Notes under the pieces: generated by a model
Seen by the model: only the letters and a program-made list of their open reading frames with translations
What the model was told of the DNA's origin: nothing
The model's database searches: none
Shown: piece by piece, positions 38,436 through 51,052 of the stretch
How positions within the stretch are numbered: position 1 is the stretch's first letter
Layout of the letters: the number at the start of each line of letters is the position of its first letter
NCBI GenBank assembly: GCA_965112735.1
Contig: OZ218955.1
Span: 2,480,001-2,544,000 of the forward strand
Length of the DNA stretch: 64,000 bases
Source: Phaeosaccion multiseriatum
Taxonomy: Eukaryota; Protista; Ochrophyta, other classes
Direction: 5' to 3'
Made by a program: the position numbers and the translations under genes

Positions 38436-40696
38436 TTAAGGGCAGGCGATGCTGGCATACGCTCCGAATCCGCAGAACCTACACGTCTTCTCTCCGTTCA
38501 CGTTGCAGCCAAGCATGCCTGAGCCTGTGCACGACTCATCGGTGAAGCAAGACTCTCCGTAACCGTCACACACGCAAGAGTCCGCGGGAGCGTCGCCGGC
38601 GGAGAAGCAAAGGTCGTAGGTGAGGCCCGAGCACGCGCAGAAGTGGAACTCCGCGGCCGGGGTGTCGGGGAAGGACAAGAGGTACTCTTGGGCGCCCTCA
38701 CAGCTGCAGGTGCGAAGAACAGGGAGAACAGCGGGGAGGAGAGAAAAAGAGACTTGAGGAACCCACACAACCTAAATATCGGAGGGAAAACACAAAGGAA
38801 CCACACCCCGACAGGATACATGAGAAAGAAAATCGTGCAACACCAACCTGAGGAAGCAGCCTTGGCATGCCTGGCCAGCGCCGAACATGTTGCAGTGGGA
38901 GGGCATGATATCGCCGCTGATGCAGTCCACAGACACCTCCACGCACTTGTCGAACATCTTGAGCGACTCCGCGTTGGCGGTGCTCACCTCGCACTCCGAG
39001 GGAATGCTACACTCGCACGTGTCGGGTCCGATCAATGTCGCCATGACGGTAGGCGCAGCGGTGGAGGGCGGTTCCGTGGAAGAAGAGGAGGTGGGCGCAG
39101 AAGTAGGCCCAATGGCGGGTGCAGCGGTGGTCGGGGGCTCTGTGGGAGGGGAGGTAGTGGTGACCACGGGCGCAGCAGTGGGAGCAGGAGTGGTCGCCGG
39201 GACTGGCGCCGTGGTGGAGGGCGCAGTCGGTGGTTCCGTTGGAAGTGATCGCGAAGTAGTGGGTGCAGGGGTGGGTGGTATATCGCAGCCGTCCGGGACG
39301 CCATTGCCATCAATATCGATGGCGTCGTCGAATCCCTCACACGCATCGCAATCGTCAGGGACTCCATCGCCGTCGGCGTCCAGGCGATCGTCGAAGCCTT
39401 GGTAGAGAGATGGAGGGAGGGAAGGCAGAGAGTAAGAAGACGGACGGTGCACATAGCACATAAGCAAGGTTCGGCTCCCCCCCCCTCCCCTCCCCTAGCT
39501 AAGAGCTAAGCTCTCTCCTACCTGGGCAGGCGTCGGCATCGTCGCAGACCTCGTCGCCGTCGGAATCACAGCTTACGATGATTTCCTGCAGCTTGATTGC
39601 GATGAAGGCCTCGGTAAAGGCCACGGCATCCGCCCCTGTCGCGCAGCAAGGGGGGAGAAGGAGGAGAGAGTGAGTTGAATGGCCAGCGAGTGTAGCGGCA
39701 AGAGTTCAATTCCAGCTGAATGCATACTGACCTCCGCCTCTTAGGAGACTTAGGTCCCACACCCCTCCTCCCGTGGCAAAGGCCAGAGGGGCATAGTCTG
39801 TGGCGATGGAGCGTGAAGAAGAGACGGGAGACTCCTCCACGGGTACAGTGCTGAAGCTTCCACTGCCATCCGAAACGTAGCCTGTGTACGTGGCCCCCGT
39901 CTGCGTGACGCCCAAGAGAGAACCACTTAAGGGAGACCGGATGACGCTGTTCATGATCCACCCGTCCGCGGTCAGAAGTGCGATGGTTGAGTCTGTGGTC
40001 GCAAAAGGAGTAGCACGGGAGGAGGTGTCAGAGCAGCGCACACACACGCACACACACACACACACACGCACACACACACGCACCTAGAGTGTCTTCCGTG
40101 CCTTCGTCTCGATCTTCGTCCGTAACCAAGATCCCAACGCGAATGGTGGACGTGCAGCTATAGACGTAGGCAGGAGGCAGGCAGGAGGCAGGCAGGCAAG
40201 GAAGCAGCAAGGGGGGGCAAGGTGGTATGAGCAGTGAGAAGGGAGCAAAGCTCTGTCAGCTCCATTTTTAATTAAAAAAGTAACGCACATGCCCCTCCAG
40301 TACTCACCTCGAGTCCACTGTGAGGGCATCAACCTCGGCGTCGGCAAAGACAATACCGTTATAACCGTCCTCGAAGCCCCCTCGAGAGGTCGTGTAGGGA
40401 TTGGAGTACGCTGCTGCGTCCCACTCTCCACACCCGTAGCTCGCTCCCTCGGTGGTGTAGCCGGTGCTACATAAATAATTTGGACCAAAGTTGGCTGCGT
40501 CGATGTCACTGAAGAGCTTGGGCAGGACGTCGGTGGAGATCCACTCTTGCTCTCCGCTCATGCTTCCGCTCTCATCCATGATGACGCCCACAACCACGCA
40601 GGTACCCGCCGATGCCGAGTGGAGAGTGGCGGCCAGGCCCGTAAGGACGCACAGGAGTCTTGAGGCATTGGGAGTCGTCTTTCGGGGTGGCATCAT
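38436..40696 (-). CDS. Secreted protein with vWA domain, thrombospondin-type-3-like Ca-binding repeats, PT stalk and Cys-rich modules
   Basis: Signal peptide ending HSASA, MIDAS motif VIMDESGSM and IRVGILVTDED, DxDxDG repeats (DSDGDEVCDDADAC, DADGDGVPDDCDAC, DIDGNGVPDGCD), and C-terminus SCFTDESC...GCNVNGEKTCRFCGFGAYASIACP*. Confidence 0.8.
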
Positions 40697-40953
40697 TGCT
40701 GCTTTTTGATTGCAGTTTTTTCGCTTCGGTCAGTCTAGAACCTTTAGAGGCTGCGCAAGATGCAAGCAAACCCGGATGAACGAGCGATTTGTGAGGAGGA
40801 CCCATGACCGCTCTCTCTCACTCTTTGCACGGATGCATATCTTTGCGTGATTTACGTGATTTTGAGTTTTAGTTTGACAGGTTTTGCATCCGATTAAGTC
40901 AAGGATTTTTTTTTTCCCCTCCTCCCCCTTCATTACTTAAAGGAGAACTGAAG

Positions 40954-42791
40954 ATGGCTGGCCCACATGGAGGGCAAATGCTCCTTGCAGCACTCTTGGT
41001 TCTCCTTGTGTTACTTCCCGATGCTGCTTTCGGCTTCGCTCCAGCTTTTGGAGGAGCTCGACGCGTCTCGCCTCGCCTCTCGGCGAGTGTGGACTCAGCA
41101 GGGGGGGGAGAAGGCGCAGACACATCCCCTTCGTCGGGGATCACCCGCCGATCTGTACTAGCGACAGGTGCCATTCTCGTGGCGGCGGCTGCAGGAGGTC
41201 TACCGGCCGCAGAGGCAGCAGGTACGAAGAACCAAAGGAAACCAAAGCAGAGGCGGCACTGCTCTTGCTGCTGTCTGATGGATCCCCACATTTACTGCTG
41301 CTCCCCTCCCCTCCCTCATTGTTGTCACAGGGAAGCCCATCGTGGTGCTCGGGGCCAATGGACAGACGGGTGCGTCGGAAAATGCCTAAGCTCTTTGTCC
41401 AACCATAGGTGTTGAGCTTTGCTCCCTTGCCCCTCCTCTGCCTCAGGCGTGCTATGTGTGCTGGGCTGCTTGGCCCGCGGCAAGGCTGTCCGAGCCGTCA
41501 CGCGCTCTGGAGAGTTCAAGGGGAAGCTGCCGGCAAACACAGACACTTCCCTGCTCCAAGTTGTCCAAGGTGAGACTCTTACTCTGCCCTGCCTCTCTCG
41601 CGCACTCTCTCTCTGTCTCTCTCTCTGCCCTCCTCTCTCCCTGTCTCTCTCTCGCGGACACTCTACGCTACTCTCCCTCTCTCGCGCTCTCCCCCCCCCC
41701 CCTCTCTCTGTGTGTGTGTGTGTGTGCAGATACGTCCCTCCCTCTCCTGTACCTGACGTGAGTACCCCTTTGTGCCGTTCTCTTCGTCTATGCGCACCCG
41801 TTATGTGGCCCTGCCTCAGGCGATGTCAGTAAGCCCGACACTCTCCGTACCTCGCTGGCGGATAGTGAGGGCGTAATCTTCGCGAGTTCGGCCAATTTCA
41901 TTAAGGTCAGCTTGCTCACAGAGCAGAGAGGGAGAGAGAGAGAGACGAGAGAAGAGAGAGAGAGAGACAGAGACGGAGAGAGAGCGAAAGAGGAGGTGTG
42001 GGTAGTAGACGCTCTTCTTGCTCGCGCAGCCGTCCTTCGTTCGGTCAAGTCGGGTGCTGTCCTGTACTTACCACCCCTGAACATGCGAGTGCACATACTG
42101 TCTTGCTCTCTCCCCCCAGGGCACGTCCAAGACACAGGATGTTGACAATCAAGGGGTGATCAACACTGCCGAAGTGTGCATTGGGCTGAACATCCCTCGC
42201 CTCGTGGTCATCTCGGCAGGGACAGTGACCCGGCCAAAGAGCTTCGGATACAAAGGTAGCTGGAGAGTGGGGAGAGAGAGGGAGAGAGAGAGGAGATGCG
42301 AAACACTGATGGTTGTCATGGCGGCCGCCCCGTGCACGAAGCTCATACTCATACTGGCCCTCACGAAGCTCATACTCATACTGCTGCCGGCCCTCCCCCA
42401 TCCCCAGCGACAAACATTATTGGCGACATCATGCATCAGAAGATCCTGGGCGAAGACGCCATGAGAGCACGTAAGAATCAATCTCTCTCTCTCTCTCTCC
42501 GCCTCTTGTCGTATTCGGTTTACTTTGATCTCAGTCTCGCGTCCGTCCGTCTCCCCTCCCTCCCTCCCTCCCTCCCTCCCTCCCCCCCTCCCTCCCTCCA
42601 TCATTATCTTCAGTATACGCTAAAGCCCCCTCCTCCATCGGGTACACTGTGGTGCGCCCCGGTGGGCTGGATGGCAAGGAAGTCAAGGGAGTGGCAGCCC
42701 TTGAGCTCAACCAGGGGGACACAATCGGAGGGATTGTCTCACGCCCAGACCTCGCCGAGGTATGTACACACGCATGCACACACGCACACGC

Positions 42792-42856
<65 letters not shown>

Positions 42857-43655
42857 CACCTGCGAGTGGTGCACCTGGAGACCCGCCCTGCCCCTTGATG
42901 CCCCCGGCGGGAAGCAAAGTGGGCTGCAAGAAGGAGTGGGATGGAGAGCGGGTTGTGCCCAAGTGTCTCGGGCCTTTGCAAGGGTGTGTTGTCGTTGGTG
43001 TTGGTGCCCGTCCTTCTTCTTGGCCTTCCTCCACTTACCCTCCCCCCCCCCTCACCCCGCCCCCCGCATGGCCTTTGCGTGCGCCTTGCCCGTCTCCTCT
43101 CTCTCTCTCTCTCTCTGTCACACACACACTCAGGTGTGTATAGAGTGTTTGAGCCGCCCCTCAGCCAAGGACACGACCTTCGAGCTGTATCAGACCCCCG
43201 GCAAGCCTGTGGAGAAGGTGAGGGCAATGCAGTCAGTCAGGGCCATGCAAGGCCTTTGCTTTATAGGGCCTCTCTTCCGAGTGCGCTCACGTCAAAACCG
43301 TTGGTGTGTCTCTCATCCTTTATCCTCTCTCTCCTCGCCGTCCCTCTTTTCTTTCTTTTCTCTCCCTATCTCTCTTCCTCTCCTCTCTCCTCTCTCCTCT
43401 TATCCCCTTCTCTCCCTCCATTCTTCCTTCTCTCTGTCTCTCTCTCTCTGTCTCTCTCTCTGTCTCTCTCTCTCTCTCTGTCTCTCTCTCTCTGCCGCTG
43501 GAATGTGTTTGAACCACGTGTGTGCGTGCATGTACCTTGCTCTCTGCCCAGCGCTTCCCGGCAGTGAGTGGCAACGAGCGCAAGGGCAAGGATTGGGACG
43601 AACTGTTCAACGGCCTCATCCCCGACTCCAAGCTGGAGAGAGTGGCATAAGGTGA
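40954..43655 (+). CDS. Plastid-targeted atypical SDR / NAD(P)H-binding protein (Tic62/At2g34460-like)
   Basis: Signal peptide plus AFG|FAP plastid motif. Exons encode KPIVVLGANGQTG, AVRAVTRSG, GDVSKPDTL, VDNQGVINTAEVC, RLVVISAGTV, YTVVRPGGL and GIVSRPDLAEVC. Confidence 0.85.
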
Positions 43656-44343
43656 TTCACTGACTTACACGAGGGCCTAACACTAGGTACTTGTGTCTAG
43701 GTTCGAAGGGTAGGAGACGGTAATGGCATAGAATGGCCTACGATCTTGTAGGAACGGAACGGGAGGGGGAGAGAGTGTGAAGAGAGAGGGAGGAGAGAGT
43801 GCGGAGAGTTGTCTTGGGACTGAGTCACGGAAGGCATTGCTCAAGGTCGACACGCAGCAGAGCGCCATCCATCCCGTGCGTGCATTGGGGCGTGGTCTTT
43901 GCAGCAGATCTGCGATGCTCATAATTACTTCGTACTTCGTAGTAGTATATACAAAATTAAAGGGATTGTCATGGATAATTTACAATTTTAAATTATTTTT
44001 TTTAAAAAAAATTAAAGAAAAAGGAACGTAATACTATTGTGTACTTATCGACATGTGTTTGCCTTGCTGCCGATGGCCCTTGCTCGACTCTTGCTTCCCT
44101 TAGGACCAAACACCTCACGTCCCTTCCTTTTTCACACACACACACACACTTACAAACTGAAGTCCTCCGTCTATCTCAGATAAGCTCGAGAAAGCAAATA
44201 CACCCTGGCAGGACAGATAAAGCCTTGTCGCAGTCCAGTAAGAACAGCCGCAGCCCCCCCCCCAAAGAACGAGGGAGGGAGGGAGCGCTCAAGGCTCGAG
44301 CTCGCAGCAGACCGGACCGGACCGGGCCCACTCACCCACTCAC

Positions 44344-46168
44344 TCAAGGGCAAGCGGCGAACTCGCCGAAAGAGCAGAAGCGGCATTCCGCCGTAGTCAC
44401 CTCCTTCTTCACGAGGGCCCCGCAGCCCAGGCCTTCGTCCTCGACTTGTCCGGCGGGTGGCGTCTCCCCCCCGGGGCACGTGGGATCGAAGAAGCAGGGC
44501 TGGTTTGCGTTGATGCGGAGGCAGGCCGTGGCACACACATCTTCAGCATCTTCAACCACAGGGGGGGGAGTGGGAGCGAGAGTCGGGGGAGGAGTGGGAG
44601 CGAGAGTAGGGGGAGCAGTGGGAGCGAGAGTAGGGGGGGGAGTGGGAGCGAGAGTAGGGGGGGGAGTGGGAGCGAGAGTCGGGGGAGGAGTGGGAGCGCG
44701 AGTAGGGGGAGCAGTGGGAGCGAGAGTCGGGGGGGGAGTGGGAGCGAGAGTAGGGGGAGCAGTGGGAGCGCGAGTAGGGGGGGGAGTGGGAGCGAGAGTA
44801 GGGGGAGGAGTGGGAGCGAGAGTAGGGGGGGGAGTGGGAGCGAGAGTAGGGGGGGGAGTGGGAGCGCGAGTCGGGGGAGGAGTGGGAGCGAGAGTAGGGG
44901 GAGCAGTGGGAGCGAGAGTAGGGGGGGGAGTGGGAGCGCGAGTAGGGGGAGGAGTGGGAGCGAGAGTAGGGGGAGGAGTGGGAGCAAGAGTCGGGGGGGG
45001 AGTGGGAGCGAGAGTAGGGGGGGGAGTGGGAGCGAGAGTAGGGGGGGGAGTGGGAGCGAGAGTCGGGGGAGCAGTGGGAGCGAGAGTAGGGGGAGGAGTG
45101 GGAGCGAGAGTAGGGGGGGGAGTGGGAGCGAGAGTCGGGGGGGGAGTGGGAACAGGGGTGGGCGCGAGGGTGAGCTCCTCACAGATTTCCGGGCAGGCGA
45201 GGTCGTAGCCCAGGGCAGTGCCTGCGTCTCCGCAGAGGCGGCAGCCTTGTTCGTTGGGGGTGCCGTAGGCCTGGCATCCCGCAGGATCGTTGGAGCCGGA
45301 GCACGTCTCCATGTCAGTGACGCAGTCGAGAGCTCCTCCACTGCCATCAGCCCGGAAGCACAGCTCCGTGCAGGGGTCCACGACGCAGACGGGGGGGAGA
45401 GTGGGAGCGAGAGTAGGGGGGGGAGTGGGAGCGAGAGTCGGGGGGGGAGTGGGAGCGAGAGTCGGGGGGGGAGTGGGAGCGAGAGTAGGGGGGGGAGTGG
45501 GAGCGAGAGTAGGGGGGGGAGTGGGAGCGAGAGTAGGGGGGGGAGTGGGAGCGAGAGTCGGGGGAGGAGTGGGAGCGCGAGTAGGGGGGGGAGTGGGAGC
45601 GCGAGTAGGGGTGGGAGTCGGGGGCACCGTGGCGTCGGGCTCGGGGGGGCAACTGGCGTCACCAGGCAGTTCGTCGCATCTACGGCATGTGTCAATGCCG
45701 AACATATTGCAACCCTGTTTGATGCCGACGGTCAAAGCGCGAAGACTTCTCGTACGGCGGCTCGAGCAGGCTGGGTCGATGAAGCAAGAGATCTTTTGAA
45801 TCTCGCACTTGTCCAGGCAGTCGTCTGCTTGGTCCGGTACGAAGGGGGAGGGAAGGAGGGAGAAGCAGGCGCGTGAGGAGGTTACAAGAGATCGAACCTA
45901 GACGTGCTACCGACTCATTCTCGGCAGCATGCTACTGGTTAGCCCCTAGTCGGCAGGTAGTAGATGGCAGCAAGTCAGGGGTCGAAAGAGAGAGAGAGAG
46001 AGAGAGATGTGGCGGGCAGGGCGGCTGATGACGAAGGACAATGACGAAGCACCTTACTTTCTTACCGTCAACAGGTGCAGAAGCAGATGCTGAGACGAGC
46101 GCCAAGAGGCCGGTGAGCAGGGCCAGCAGGAACACCTTGGCATTGGGCTTCTTGTTGCGAGGAGCCAT
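44344..46168 (-). CDS. Secreted Pro/Thr-repeat (LAPTPPPT)n protein with three Cys-rich modules
   Basis: Signal peptide [31 protein letters not shown]. Modules [42 protein letters not shown] and [29 protein letters not shown] are separated by repeat stalks. Confidence 0.75.
44561..45620 (-). repeat. 24-bp coding minisatellite, two arrays (~44561-45150 and ~45395-45620)
   Basis: Units of the form ggagtgggagcgagagtagggggg encode LAPTPPPT. Confidence 0.95.
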
Positions 46169-46626
46169 GGCTGCTTGGTCAAGAGAGTCTTGGCACCCTC
46201 AAAGTCTGAGTAATAAGAGCAAAGTTGTTTGTGAGCCGACATGTCTGTGTCACTCGTCCTCCTCAACTTTGCCCCCTTGTTTGGGCGGCGGACTACTCCT
46301 TGACCGTTCTAATAATTCCACCTATTGAACGCTTTGAACTCTCACGCCATGGGAAAGGGAGCTGTGCCAGGAGGCGGGAAGGGGAAAGGTCTACTGGCAA
46401 GCACGTGCTGGCAGGGAAAAAAAAGTAAAAGTGCTCAAAAGTGTGAGAGATGAGTGAGAAGGGGGCCTTTTTTTTTGGCGGGAAAAGCGTAGGGTCAATT
46501 GTGGAGGGTCAATGGAGGGTCCACATGGTCCGCCGTCCACCGAGAGATCGAATACGAGAATACACGTTAGAAAACGGTTGTATCAAAGGGGAGGCAAAGG
46601 AAGGAACATTGCGTTGTTATTATTTA

Positions 46627-46668
<42 letters not shown>

Positions 46669-46742
46669 GGGCCATTCTAAAGGCCCCCCCCCCCCGCCCC
46701 CCCCCCCCCTACGCCCTAAATTATTATTAGCCCGCCTTGTAG

Positions 46743-46853
46743 TCGACCCCTGACGCACTATCCGCTATCCGCTATCGGCTGATACCGCGCCGGGGCCCGA
46801 TAGCGCGCTTTTGCATCGAGAATGTGGGCGATAGCGCGTGCGTCAGGGGTCGA
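46743..46853. mobile_element. Miniature inverted-repeat element (111 bp) with perfect 16-bp TIRs and 6-bp flanking direct repeats
   Basis: Left TIR tcgacccctgacgcac (46743-46758) and right TIR gtgcgtcaggggtcga (46838-46853). TTGTAG flanks both sides (46737-46742, 46854-46859). A related end occurs at 11762-11795. Confidence 0.7.
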
Positions 46854-47383
46854 TTGTAGTAAGTTAGTGACGGGGAAGGAACTGAAGAGGGAAGGAGAAA
46901 GGCAAAGAAACGAGCATGTGTGCAGTCCCTTTCCTCCTTTCCTTCCCCTACCGCTCCATCAATTCCTTCCTCTCTGTCATTATTATTATTATTTGTAATA
47001 TTTCTTTTTCTCCTCAGTGTGAGGTACTGTACACTTCACACTGACCCGGCCCAAAACTGAGAATGTATCGTACAAAGTTTCCCCTCTTTCCCCACTCCCA
47101 TTACCCCCTTTCCTTCCCTTCCATCCATCCATCCATCCATCCATCCATCCATCCATCCATCCATCCATGCCCCCCTCCCCCCGCCCCTTTGCCTGCCGAC
47201 TTTACTACTCCCCCCCCCCCCTGCTGGCTGGGGCCGTATGCGATAGGCAAACAAGTCAACAGTCAACAAGAAGCAGTGCAGACTACTACCTCTTGTGCCC
47301 CTTGAGGCCGCTCCGCCGCTCCACCGCCCCCTCCTTGTCCCGGCTCTTGGCCGTAGAGTAGCAGTCTAGCAGCAGTCGATCGA

Positions 47384-47847
47384 TCATGCCCCAGCGCCAG
47401 CACAGGCCGTGGCAGCAACGGCAGCACCGCCAGTGGAGGGAGCGGACTGGGGACGGCTGGCCTGGAAGGATTCAGAGTCAGCCGCGCCCTTGTGGACTCC
47501 GTAGCCGAGGCGTGCCATGAAGTCCTCGAGAGACGTAAAGCCGAAGTGCTGCGGGGCCCTGTTAGTCAGTCAGTCAGTCATCCAGTCAGTCAGTCAGTCA
47601 GTCAGTCAGTCCTTGAGTTAGGTCGGCCATGAGGAGCGGTCTTGAGGTTCGTTTCACACACACACGCACGCACGCGCACGCGCACGCACGCACACGCACC
47701 TCGTCTCGTGCAGATTGGCGGCCCGTGCGACGCTTCCGTCGGGGGTGAGGTACTGCTTGCCCACTCGCCCTGAGGGGGGGGAGGGAGGGAGGAGAGATAA
47801 GAGAGGGAGAGAGGGAGGGAGACAGATGGACAGAGAGAGAGAGAGAG

Positions 47848-47897
<50 letters not shown>

Positions 47898-50197
47898 AGA
47901 CAGATGGACAGAGAGAGAGAGAGAGAGGGATAGAGAGAGCCACGAGACAAGAGAGACAGACGCGAGCGCGGGGAGAGCTCTCGACTAAGAAGAAAGAAGC
48001 AACTCTTCTCCATCCCGCCCCGCCCCGCCCCGCCCCGCCCCTCCTTACCTTGGCACCAGCGCAGCACCTCATCCATGTGAGGAGTCGGCACGCCGGCAAG
48101 CTCCGCTACGCCTCTCGTCACCAGGAGACCGGCGGGGACATCTTCAGTGAGGTAGCGTGTGAAGAAATTGGGCATGTAGCCCACCTTTTGGCACGTGAGG
48201 AGAGTACAGGCATCATGTGGTCAGACAGAGGGAGACAGAGAGAGACAGAGAGAGAGAGAGAGAGAGGGAGCGGAGCCGAGCGAAAAGAAGTCTAGACAAA
48301 GCAAAATACCACACGCTTCTCTCCCCTCATGCCATGACTGTACCTGTCCGGGGCTGCGGGGCCGCATGGGGTGTCTCAGGCCCTTGTACCCTTTGTTGGT
48401 CTGCAGCATGCGCGCCAATGAGCTCTTGTCCTCAATGTCCGGCCCGTACGACTCCAGCATCCACTCCGTCACATGCTTCACGGCGTCGAGCTTGAGTCCG
48501 GCGTACCTCGCCTAGAAGAGAGTGAGTGAGGCATCACGCCAGCAGCAAGCGGCAAGCAGCCACCAGAGAGAGAGAGAGAGGAGGAAGTGTGTGTGCGTGT
48601 GTGTGCGTGAGAGAGAAGAAAGAAGGAGAGAGAGAGAGGGAGACTTTTTATGCCTTAGCTATGCCCTTACCTCGAGCGCTCTGCACACAGATAGGACCTC
48701 ATCGGAGATGGAGCACAGCTTGGCCCCTGTGAACTCATCCACCCCCTCATAGAACAAAGGCGCTGAGTAAGGGCGTAAGAGGGGGGAGGGAGGAGACAAG
48801 AAAAGGGAAGGGAAGGGAAGGGTCAGTCCGAGCGACTGAAGCTTCACTCAGAGTGAGGGATCCTTTCACACGGCACGCACCCTCCGCGAAGGGCGTCTGG
48901 AGGTCCCAATCTCGGTATTGACCATAGGTGATCGTCGGGTGCCAAATACTGTTGATATTGCTGGAGGGAAAATGTGCGGTATTACGTATGTGCATGTGTG
49001 TGTGTGCGTGTATGTGTGTGTGTGGTGATGGAGGACAGGAGAGGCAAGAAAGGGGAGGAAAGAGCGCTTAGGAATTGACGAGAAAGATGAGGAGAAAGGA
49101 GACAGGAAGAAGGTGCTTCCCGAGAGGACTGAAGACAGAGAGACGAGAGAGGACTGAAGACAGAGAGACGACAGAGTACACACACACATTCACACGGAAA
49201 TGTTACATCATACCTGAGCGTGACGCTAAGGAATGATGACTTTGACGCACGGAGTACGGGCAGAGGCCCAATGATGTCGCTGCGGGGTGAATGGGGGGGG
49301 TGGGGAGTGAGTGTGTGTGCGTGTGACGCCTCACTTGGCCCTATCGTATACAATAACAACACCTACCTCAGGATCGGCACAACCCGATCGCTGCGGGGGC
49401 CGGAGACACACAGGTCGATGCATTCCTTCGTAGAGAGGATCGAGACCCTGCCCAGCGGCGGACGAGCGAAGGCAGCGTACAGCGACAGAAAGCAGTGAGA
49501 CGCCGTTGCTTGTGCGAAGGGCTCTGGCGTGGTGGACTCACAGACTCACCTGCTTCCCAGCTCCTCAATCCTGCAAGCCCACGGGAGGGTCTCTGCAGCG
49601 AAGAGCGTCACCTGTTGAAACATCTTCTCTCCAACGGCGTCCCGAACACACCAATCAAAGCCACCCTGGCCGGGCAAGGCTCCGAGAATGGTTCCCGGCC
49701 GCAGGTCCGGAGCGATGGCCTTCAGGTACAGCAAATGGAGGTTCTGCAAGCGCAGTTGGCAACAAGGGAACCAGTGAGTGGCCCAAACTATCGGGCTGCT
49801 AGCCAGACTGGCGGAAGGGCCGAGAGAAGTTGAAGGGCGCCAGCCACACTCACCGCGGGCACGGCGAAGATGATGACATCAGCCTCGGGAATCACCTCCG
49901 AGGGATCGTTGGAGAACACCTTGGGCGTGCCTTGCTTGCTCGTAATGTCGTGCGTAAGTGAAGTGCTCACTCCCTCCACGGTGATGCTTCCGCTTGTTGC
50001 CACGGCGCTTTCTAATCGCTCCGCTTCCCCTGAATCAAACAATGAAAAGGATTTTAATACCCCCGTGTCACCCACAACAGCCACACATCACACCACACAG
50101 GACTTGTTACCTTCCCAGAGCGAGAGCAGAGACACTCGATACTTGAGGTGCTGACTCCCCGCGAGGCCTGCAAGCACGTGCACGGCGTTACCACCAC

Positions 50198-50235
<38 letters not shown>

Positions 50236-50391
50236 CCAAGTTCAAGAATCGATTCGAAGTGAAAAAGGCGGATCAGTTCTCTCCTCTTCTTCTCCTTTCT
50301 CCCATTCCCTTTGCTTTCACTACCTACCAACGAGTACGACGTTCGTCTTGTCGGACTTCACCCATGAATCCCTGCGCAAAAGTGGCTCCAT
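47384..50391 (-). CDS. Opine (octopine/tauropine-type) dehydrogenase, NAD-dependent (multi-exon)
   Basis: Spliced motifs NVVLVG|GGNAVHVLAG (Rossmann), EADVIIFAVPA, ALPGQGGFDW, AETLPWACRI, NINSIWHPTITYG, PLFYEGVDE and PNFFTRYLTEDVPAGLLVTRGVAELAGVPTP. Stop at 47384-47386. Confidence 0.88.
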
Positions 50392-51052
50392 GCTGTCTTA
50401 CTCCAGCTCTTTTCTCTTTCCGGCCCGATTTCGTATTGAAGTCTCTCTTTCTTTCTTCTTCTCCTTGTTGGTAGCAGATGCTCTTCTTTGACTGGTGGTA
50501 CTCAATGACCTTTTCTCTTGAGTGTTGTATTTTTTCTCTTATGTCTTTTGGTTCTTATGTCTTTGGTGCTGCAAGTTTTTTTGTTGTTGAGACTTTGGTG
50601 GCTTTATTTTTGAGAGCGGGTGCGCTTCGCACGTTGGTGACACGGCCGCGGATCGCCAATTGGGGGTGAGGTTTCTGGGCTGGGGTTGTGGTGTGTCTAG
50701 GTCCGGACGGGGGAGCGGGGGTTGGAGGACGACAAAGCGGCAGGTGGGAGCGGCAAGTACGTGCGACTGCGGCGCATCCGTATGCTTCTCAAACCCTAGT
50801 CACCATCCCCCTCTGATTTCCACTTCATTGCCGTTTAGATCTGGTGACGTGACCGATCCTCGCCGGCCTGGGATCCTGACGAGCTCTGTATCCGCCCAAC
50901 AATCAATCCCTGTGCCTGTGCCGGTAGTCGTGCGGTGCATCGTTCTGGGCTGCTTGGCGCTTCGCAGGGGGCGGAGAGCCACACGCTATCAGAGGTCACC
51001 AGCGCGTGGAAAGGGTGAAAGCGGGCCGTGAGGCTGGCAGGCAGAGTCAGGC

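Noticed and set aside
44561-45620. Regular 24-bp repeats as a possible CRISPR-like or guide array
   Set aside because: The units are contiguous with no unique spacers and encode in-frame LAPTPPPT in a secreted protein.
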